Source: Dendrobates tinctorius (lineage: Eukaryota). Taken from it: a DNA stretch of 64,000 nucleotides. Made by a program: the position numbers and the translations under genes. The notes under the pieces were generated by a model. It was not told the origin of the DNA, made no database searches, and saw only the letters and a list, made by a program, of their open reading frames with translations. Position 1 is the stretch's first letter. The number at the start of each line of letters is the position of its first letter. This document shows, one piece after another, positions 55,210 to 64,000 of the stretch. The stretch covers positions 24,676,001-24,740,000 of the forward strand of contig NW_027361770.1 in assembly GCF_039654945.1 (NCBI RefSeq), in the 5' to 3' direction.

Positions 55210-55304
55210 TAGAAGCTTTCCAGTACTGAGATTTGCAAAAAAATTTTCTCTGCAAATCAGATTTTTGTCAAAATTTCAGCAAAATCAGAGAATTAGAATT
55301 TTAA

Positions 55305-56117
55305 CCCCTTCACTACCAAGGGTGGTTTGCACGTTAACTCACGGGCTAATTTTTACAATTCTGACCACTGTCCCTTTATGAGGTAATAACTCTGAAACGC
55401 TTCCGTGGATCCAGGTGATTCTGACACTATTTTCTCGTGACATATTGTACTTCATGTTAGTGGTAAAATTTCATTCAAATAACTTACGTTTATTTGTGAA
55501 AAAAATGGAAATTTGGCGAAAATTTTTAAAATTTCGCAATTTTCCAACTTTTAATTTTTATGCCCTTAAATCACAGAGATATGGCACACAAAAAACGTAA
55601 TAAATAACATTTCCCACATGCTTACTTTACATCAGCACAATTTTGGAACCAAAATTTTTTTTTGTTAGGAAGTTATAAGGGTTAAAAGTTGACCAGCGAT
55701 TTCTCATTTTTGCAATACCATTTTATTTTTACGGACCACATCAGATTTGAAGCCACTTTGAGGGGTCTATATGATAGAAAATACCCAAAAGTGACACCAT
55801 TCTAAAAACTGCACCCCTTAAGGTGCTCAAAACCATGTTCAAGAAGTTTATTAACCCTTCAGGTGTGTCACAGGAATTTTTTTGAATATTTAAAAAAAAA
55901 TGAACATTTAACTTTTTTTCACAAAAAAAATACTTCAGGTTCAATTTTTTTATTTTACCAAGGGTAACAGGAGAAATTGGACTGCAAAAGTTATTGTGCA
56001 GTTTGTCCTGAGTACGCTGTTACCTGATATGTGGGGGAACCACTGTTTCGGCGCATGGCAGAGCTCAGAAGGGAAGGAGCGCCGTTTGACTTTTTCAATG
56101 CAAAATTGGCTGGAATT
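55305..56117 (-). mobile_element. Truncated relative of the TTAA element (one end plus 1-2 repeat units)
   Basis: TTAA|CCCCTTCAC terminus, then sequence colinear with 46750-47500. Confidence 0.8.
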
Positions 56118-57456
56118 CAGAAACATTCATCCACTCAATGCCAGCTTTTATTTTCCATTGACTTGCATTGGAGCCGGGTTTCGGACAAAACTCCGACTTT
56201 TTTTGCCCTAGTCGGACCAGTTTCATCTGAAGCAAATTTTGTTTCATGAAAACCGATCCGACCAAAGTTGCTCAACTCTACAAGTGAGCTGTTCATTTTC
56301 TTGTTTTGCTTTGTTGAACTTAAAAATAAAGATTATTATTATTATTATTATTATTAAGTACCTTTCAGTACATCAATTAAAACAAAGAGGGAATCTTAAT
56401 TTGTCACAAACCAGATGCAAAATATTTGTACTTTAAAAAAATATTGGGAATTAATGGTTTGAGCAAAATTAAGGGTGTACTTTTTTTTGCAGAAACAGTA
56501 CTGTCTGTCCATATCCTTTTTCCATTTTTGAAGCTCATGTTCATGCATGGGAATGCAGCACCAGAGAAATTCTAAATATAACCCATGGACGAATGTAGCG
56601 CTTTATTATATAGCACAGTATACAGTACATATAAATGTAGACTGTCATAACCGAAAGTGTTTGCACCCTTGAAATTGTTCCAGAAAACAGCGTTTTTCTC
56701 CCAGAAAAATAGTGCAATCACACATTTTATTATGCATGTGTTTATCTCCTTTGTGTGTATTAGAACAACACAAAAAAACCAGAGGAAATAAAGCAAATTA
56801 GAATTAATTTCGCACAAAACCCCCAAAATGGGCAGGACAAAATTAAATTGTTAAAACCTTTCCAAAATTGTGGGTAAGCAAATGTGATGTTTATTCAAAC
56901 TCACGTGAAAATTACACTTGAAACCAGCTAAAAAGGGGAAAAGTTTGCTCATTCTGTGCACTGTGTGTTTCACACTAAACATGGAGAACAGAAAGAGAAG
57001 AGAACTGTCTGAGGACTTGAGAACCAAAATTGTTAAAAAATATCTACTATCTCAGAAATTTTGTTGTTTGTTTGTCCATGGTACGCAACATAATCAAGAA
57101 GATAACAAACCATGGCACTGTAATTATTCTCCTTGGACATGGATGTCCGGAAAGAATTGATGGAACGGTTGCAACGCAGAATAGTCTGGATGGAGGATAA
57201 GCATGCCCAAACAAGTGCAAGTGCCTTTTGGAAGTGCATTGAGCAGCAAGGTGGTGTGCTGGTAAAAGGGGAAAAAAAAAAAAACTCTTTTAAATCTTCT
57301 GCCTGAGCGAGTGTGAACGAGCTGAGTGTGACCTGAGCGTAAGTGCGAACTGTGGTAAGTGTGTGACTTGAGATTCAGTGACTTTGGATTCAGGGAGTTT
57401 CCAAGGGAGGTATTACTGAATTACTGTTATATTATATTAATACTTTTTATTTATTT

Positions 57457-58473
57457 TTGCTTATCTTATTGTCTGGTGCAATCCTCATTAGGATGTGCTC
57501 CACTATTGCCAATGCCATCCAGTGCACATCTTGCCGCATGTATGAAATCCTTGAACAGCCGGTCGAGGGTGCATACTGCTGTGCGAGATGTGAGCACGTT
57601 GTGCATTTGGAAGCCCAGATACTGGATCTAAATGTGCAGCTGGCAACACTGAGATCCATAGACAATATGGAAAGGAGTCTTCTGCTCACTGAGCAGACGC
57701 TCAATGGGATAGATGGGGGGGATGCTAGGTTGGAGCTGCAGGACAATAAAGCAGCTAGCTGGGTGACAGTTAGAAGGCGGGGTAGAGGGAAGAGCACCAG
57801 GGAGGCTAGTCCTGATCTGGCACACCCCAATAAGTTTGCAAAGTTGGCAGATAAGGGGAGTGTTAGTGCAGGAGTAGCACTGCTGCAGCAAGGCATGTCC
57901 TCTGAAAGCCGGAGGAGTGTCTGCTTCAGTAAGGGGGGAAATAGGAGAGAAGGGCAGGCCAGACAGGTTCTGGTAGTGGGAGACTCAATTATTAGGGGAA
58001 CAGATAGGGCAATCTGTCACAAAGACAGGGATCGTCGAACGGTGTGCTGCCTACCTGGCGCTCAAGTCCGACACATCGCTGATCGGGTTGACAGATTACT
58101 GGGAGGGGCTGGTGAGGATCCAGCAGTCTTGGTGCACATTGGCACAAATGACAAAGTTAGAGGTAGATGGAAGGTCCTTAAAGATGATTTCAGGGAATTA
58201 GGCTGTAAGCTTAAAGCAAGAACCTCCAAGGTGGTAGCTTTGGAAATACTTCCTGTACCACGTGTCAAGCCAGAGAGGCAACGGGAGATTAGGGAGGTTA
58301 ATAAGTGGCTCAGGAATTGGTGTCGGAAGGAGGGGTTTGGGTTCCTGCAGAACTGGGCCGATTTCTCAGTTGGCTACAGGTTCTACGCTAGGGACGGGCT
58401 GCACCTCAATGGGGAGGGTGCAGCTGTGCTGGGGGAGAAAATGGCTAGAAGGTTGGAGGAGTGTTTAAACTAG
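57457..58473 (+). CDS. CR1 ORF1: zinc finger, coiled coil, SGNH esterase
   Basis: CTSC..CARC, heptad leucines, VVGDSII, HIGTND, DGLHL. The true start may be a downstream ATG. Confidence 0.88.
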   Translation: MLILLSGAILIRMCSTIANAIQCTSCRMYEILEQPVEGAYCCARCEHVVHLEAQILDLNVQLATLRSIDNMERSLLLTEQTLNGIDGGDARLELQDNKAASWVTVRRRGRGKSTREASPDLAHPNKFAKLADKGSVSAGVALLQQGMSSESRRSVCFSKGGNRREGQARQVLVVGDSIIRGTDRAICHKDRDRRTVCCLPGAQVRHIADRVDRLLGGAGEDPAVLVHIGTNDKVRGRWKVLKDDFRELGCKLKARTSKVVALEILPVPRVKPERQREIREVNKWLRNWCRKEGFGFLQNWADFSVGYRFYARDGLHLNGEGAAVLGEKMARRLEECLN

Positions 58474-58497
58474 GGACGGGGGGAGGGTATTCTTTTT

Positions 58498-61396
58498 ATG
58501 GGAGGGGAAGACAGTGCAGATAGAGACCTGGGCACAAATAATGACATTGGGGGTGGGGGTGGCATGGGGGGTGGGGTTAGAACAGTTAATTTAAGAAAGA
58601 ATAGAGGTACAGAGAGATACATAAAGTGCATGTATACTAATGCCAGAAGCCTCGCCAACAAAATGGAGGAATTGGAGTTAATGTTGTTGGAACATAATTA
58701 TGACATGGTGGGGATATCTGAGACATGGCTGGACGAGAGCCACGACTGGGCGGTTAATTTACAGGGCTATAGTCTGTTCAGAAATGACCGAACAAATAAG
58801 CGAGGGGGAGGTGTGTGTTTATATGTAAAATCATCCTTAAAATCCATCCTTCGTGATAATATATATGAATCTAATGAAAATGTAGAGTCCCTGTGGGTAG
58901 AGATAAGGGGAGGGGGGAAAAATAATAAATTACTGATAGGGGTTTGTTATAAGTCTCCAAAAATAATGGAAGCAACAGAGAATATCCTCATAAAGCAAAT
59001 AGATGATGCTGCGACTCAAGGAGAAGTCATTTTTATGGTGGACTTCAACTACCCTGAAATACATTGGGGAACCGAAACCTGCAGTTTCAGCAAAGGTAAT
59101 AGGTTTTTGACAACTATGAGAGACAATTACCTTTCACAACTGGTTCAGGACCCAACAATAGGGGGGGCACTGCTAGACCAACAGGCCAGACCGCATATCA
59201 AATGTAAGGGTTGAGGGTCACTTGGGTAATAGTGATCATAAATTAATAAGTTTTCATGTATCCTTTAATAAGATGTGTAGTAGAGGGGTTACAAGGACAC
59301 TAAACTTCAGGAAGGCAAATTTCCAACGGATGAGAGATGATCTTGGTGCAATTAACTGGGACAATATCCTGAGACATTAAAATACGCAAAGAAAATGGGA
59401 GACGTTTATTAGCATCCTGAATAGGACCTGTGCACAATATATACCGTATGGGAATAAACATGCTAGAAATAGGAGGAAACCACTATGGCTAAATAGAGCT
59501 GTAAGGGGTGCAATAAGAGATAAAAAATAAAGCATTTAGAGAATTAAAGCAAGTAGGTAGTGATGAGGCATTAACTAAATACAGAAGATTAAATAAATTC
59601 TGTAAAAAGCAAATCAAGACAGCAAAGATTGAGACAGAGAGACTCATTGCCAGAGAATGTAAAAATAATCCCCAAATATTCTTTAACTACATAAATAGTA
59701 AGAAACTAAAAAATGATAGTGTTGGCCCCCTTAAAAATAGTCTGGGTGAAATGGTGGATGAGGATGAGGAAAAAGCCAATATGCTAAATGACTTTTTTTT
59801 CAACAGTATTTACACAAAAAATCCCATGACGGATAACATGATCAGGGATAAAAATTCTCCTTTAAATGTCACCTGCTTAACCCAGCAGGAAGCACGGCGG
59901 TGTCTAAAAATCACTAAAATTGACAAATCCCCGGGCCCGGAGGGGATACACCCCCGAGTAATGCAGGAATTAAGCTCAGTCATAGATAGACCATTATTTT
60001 AATCTTTAAAGATTCCATAATAACAGGGTCTGTACTACAGGACTGGCGTATAGCAAATGTGGTGCCAATATTCAAAAAGGGGACAAAAACTGAACTTGGA
60101 AATTATAGGCCAGTAAGTTTAACCTCAACTGTGGGTAAAATCCTGGAGGGTTTTCTAAGAGATACTATACTGGAGTATCTGGAGAAGAATACCCTTATGA
60201 CCCAATATCAACATGGGTTTACAAGGGACCGTTCCTGTCAGACTAATCTGATAAGCTTTTATGAAGAGGTAAGTTCCGGACTGGACCAAGGGAATGCAGT
60301 GGACGTGGTGTACATGGACTTTTCAAAAGCTTTTTATACGGTGCCACACAAAAGGTTGATACATAAAATGAGAACAATGGGGATAGGGGAAAATATGTGT
60401 AGGTGGGTTAAGAGCTGGCTCAGGGATAGGAAACAAAGGGTGGTTATTAATGGAGCACACTCGGACTGGATCACGGTTAGCAGTGGGGTACCACAGGGGT
60501 CAGTTTTGGGCCTGCTTCTTTTTAACATATTTATTAATGACCTTGTAGGGGGCATAGAGAGTAGAATTTCAATATTTGCAGATGACACTAAACTCTGCAG
60601 GGTAATCAATACAGAGGAGGACAATTTTATATTACAGGAGGATTTATGTAAACTAGAAGCTTGGGCTGATAAATGGCAAATGAGCTTTAATGGGGATAGA
60701 TGTAAGGTCATGCACTTGGGTAGAACGAACAAGATGTATAATTATGTGCTTAATTGTAAAACACTGGGCAAAACAGTCACTGAAAAAGACCTGGGTGTAT
60801 GGGTGGACGACAAACTCACATTAAGCGGCCAGTGTCAGGCAGCTGCTGCAAAGGCAAATAAAATAATGGGATGCATTAAAAGAGGCATAGATGCTCATGA
60901 GGAGAACATAATTTTACCTCTATATAAGTCACTAGTGCGACCACACTTAGAATACTGTATACAGTTCTGGTCTCCGGTGTATAAGAAAGACATAGCTGAA
61001 CTGGAGTGGGTGCAGAGAAGAGTGACCAAGGTTATTAGGGAACTAGGGGGTCTTCAATACCAAGACAGGTTATTACACTTGGGGTTATTTAGTTTGGAGA
61101 ATCGAAGGCTTAGGGGTGATCTTATTACAATGTATAAATATATGCGGGGACAATACAAAGACCTTTCTAATGATCTTTTTACTCTTAGACCTGTGACGGG
61201 GGCAAGGGGGCATCCTCTATGTCTGGAGGAAAGAAGGTTTAAGCATACTCACAGACGCGGATTCTTTACTGTAAGAGCAGTGAGACTATGGAACTCTCTG
61301 CCATATGATGTTGTAATGAGTGATTCCCTACTAAAATTTAAGAAGGGACTGGATGCCTTTCTTGAAAAGTATAATATTACAGGGTATATACACTAG
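58498..61396 (+). pseudogene. CR1 ORF2 (endonuclease + RT), disrupted
   Basis: [24 protein letters not shown] and FADD motifs; several stops and frameshifts in 59180-60060. Confidence 0.92.
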
Positions 61397-61755
61397 TTTC
61401 CTTAGTGTTGCGTTGATCCAAGGAGCTAGTCTGATTGCCGTATGTGGAGTCGGGAAGGAATTTTTTTCCCCAATGTGAACCTTACTGTTTGCCACGTGGG
61501 TTTTTTTTGCCTTCCTCTGGATCAATATGTTATGGCAAGTTAGGATAGGATATGGGTTGAACTAGATGGACTTAAAGTCTTCCTTCAACCTTTATAACTA
61601 TGTTACTATGTTACTATGTTACTAAGTGTATGCGCAACTAGGAATTGGCATTTGAATGAAATGAAATGCTGTAGCGGGACAATTAGGAGGACCTCACTGT
61701 TATCACAGAGACATAACAATGCTAGATTGCAGTTTGACAAAATGTACCCGAGTAA

Positions 61756-62074
61756 AGGTACTGTCACACTTAGCGATGCACCAACGATCCCGACCAGCGA
61801 TATGACACGGTCAGGATCGTTGGTGCATCGCTAAGTGGTCGCTAGTGAGCTGCCACACAGGCAGATCTCACCAGGGGTTGGGAGTCGCTACTTACCAGTC
61901 AGGCGACGAGAAACGGTCCAGGACGTTCTTGCACCATCAGAGATAACCAGCGGGGGAGCGGTCGGAGGTAAGTATCAGACATAGCGATATCGCTAGCAAT
62001 ATCGCTATAACATCACAAAAACCAGTGACATTATAGCGATATTGCTAGCGATATCGCTTAGTGTGACAGGCCCT
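61756..62074. mobile_element. PIF/Harbinger-type MITE, same family as 14175-14570
   Basis: TAA|AGGTACTGTCACACT ... AGTGTGACAGGCCCT|TAA. Confidence 0.88.
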
Positions 62075-64000
62075 TAAGCAAAAATCCTTCTGGGAAAACC
62101 TCTCATGGACAGATGAGGCCAAGACAGAACTTTTTTGTTAAACTTAATGAGGTCTACAAAGAAAAGAACATAGCACCTATAGTAGAATTTGGTTGCGGCA
62201 ATAGATTTATTTTTTTTAGTTGCTGCCTCTGGCACTGGGTACCTTGACTGTGTGCAAGGCATCATGAAATCTGAAGATTACCAAAGGATTTTGATCACAA
62301 TTCAGAAAGTTGGATTTGCAGCTTAAGTCATGGGTCTTCCAGCATGACAAGGACTTCACACATGCTTCAAGAAGCGCTAGAAAATGGATTGAAACAAAGC
62401 ACTGGAGAGTTCTGAAGTGGGCAGCAATGAGACCAGATCTAAATCCCATTGAACACCTGTGGAGGAATCTTAAAATTGCTACTGGGAGAAGGCACCCTTC
62501 AAATATGAGAGACCTGAAACAGTTTGCAAAAGAAGTTATTGATTATAATGGTTTATGGAGAATTGTAACAATCATTTCAGATGAACTTCCAGCAGAATGT
62601 CTGTATCTTCCACTCCACCTTCTCCATAGAATTTTAATAGCACCAACTGTCATGTCTTACCTCAATAATTGGAAAATCTGAATACAGATTTTAGCCATGA
62701 AATAAGAGCTAAAGATGTATTCAGGAGGAGAAAGAAGCATATTTCTCTGACAATATATATTATAAATTTGCTTATTAGTGCCATACAAGTGCAGAGCAAT
62801 TAGAATGCATTAAATCTAATTGGGAACATTGACACTTTAAATACTTTGTAAATATCTTGTGATCTATATTTCCATAGTCTATACAAATATTTACCTATTT
62901 ATACTGCACAACCCATGACTTTCTTTCGTCTTTCCGTTATATTTTACTTACATTCTTAAGTAGTAGTGAATGTTGTAGCAGCATCTGTAACCCTGGATTT
63001 CAGCATCATAATGAGGCTCTTTCTCAAGGTATCTATTTTCTGTAGTGAGTGCCAAGATGTGTAAACCAATATTATCTATTTAGTGTCTTGTCCTATTCTT
63101 CTTGTAATAGCTCCTCATGCCTACAAGCTGAAATAATAGCTACCATGGACATTTGACTATTTATTTGTTGTTCCACAATGGCTTAATCAAGTTCACTTAA
63201 AGTTCATATCAAAACTAAATTTGTCATTCTAGACTGCAACCTTAAATAAGAAGACAATGGGAAAAGAAGGAAATAGCTGTAAGGCTACTGTAATGTTTTT
63301 AAGTAGTGGCAATAAATTGCATGGACATTTTTATGGAGTATTTTAACCCCTGGCCTCGGTGGGTAAAAAAATCAATAAGATATTAAGAAAATCAAGAATT
63401 AATGCTTCCTATACTGTACAAAGATATAATTCTTACAGGGTGTACATCAGTGAAACCTCATCCAACACAAAGCATAACATAATATAGCCGCATTTCTGAT
63501 TGTGAATCATTTTATTGTCCAGACTGCTATCAAACTTTAATGGAAAGCAAACCATAAAGGGTGAGTTTTTGTCATTTTTTATTATCATCAAGAATGTTTA
63601 CTTTTTTCAAAGGGTTTTTTTCCTCTGTGGATCAATAACATGCATGGAAACATTCTCAGACATATATTACTGTAGTAATGAAATGTTGTTTTAACAGGAC
63701 AAGCTTGCTTCTTTTATTAAAGTAGTATGTGTGCATTTAAAACATATTATTAGACAATGTAAATACTTATATGCCCTAAAATGACAAAAGTATTCTTGGA
63801 GTGATCCCTTTATTGGCTAGCTTGCAAGCTTACAAATTATGCTTGCAAGTAGCACCAAGGTTACTTCTTCAGACAGGTTTACAAATGAATTACTGAGACA
63901 AGAGCACAACAGTTAAGAGATATTACAACTAGGAATGGGCAGACTTGTGGTTGCTAGGGTCCATCGGGTTAGGCCGATATTTATAAAAAAGTTCAGTTTG

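Larger units (their letters stand above)
57224..61623 (+). mobile_element. CR1 LINE (family 2), apparently full length
   Basis: 5' UTR, ORF1, ORF2, (TATGTTAC)n tail; candidate TSD AAGTG at 57219-57223 and 61624-61628. Confidence 0.93.
56641..62540 (+). mobile_element. Old Tc1-like relic interrupted by a CR1 and a MITE
   Basis: MENRKRRELSEDLRTKIV before the CR1; [19 protein letters not shown] (ORF 62310) after it. Confidence 0.8.

Noticed and set aside
62660-62747. Candidate minus-strand host exon (AG...GAG|GTAAGA, one open frame)
   Set aside because: Weak polypyrimidine tract and unrecognisable peptide; cannot be supported without RNA or homology data.
63780-63890. Possible Penelope terminus with CUGAAGA on the minus strand
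   Set aside because: GAAA and stem III are missing; too decayed.

Overview
Repeat-saturated vertebrate genomic DNA, most likely anuran (frog), judging from the TE repertoire. I recognise no host protein-coding gene. The window is mostly nested transposable elements: five Tc1-like transposons or relics plus a 5' fragment, a near full-length Ty3/Gypsy chromovirus-type LTR element, two solo LTRs, two CR1 LINE families, L2 and SINE fragments, Penelope-like relics, hAT relics and several MITEs. Most notable: (1) two ~4.8 kb non-coding TTAA-flanked elements built from a hairpin cluster, a telomere-like TTAGGG tract and eight ~388 bp tandem units; (2) a 982 bp hAT-type foldback whose 358 bp arms contain transposase coding sequence; (3) minimal hammerhead ribozyme motifs; (4) a Tf1-like self-priming signal in the Gypsy element; (5) a T TTA AAC slippery heptamer at the ORF1 stop of both CR1 families. 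All coordinates and counts were read by eye and should be confirmed computationally.
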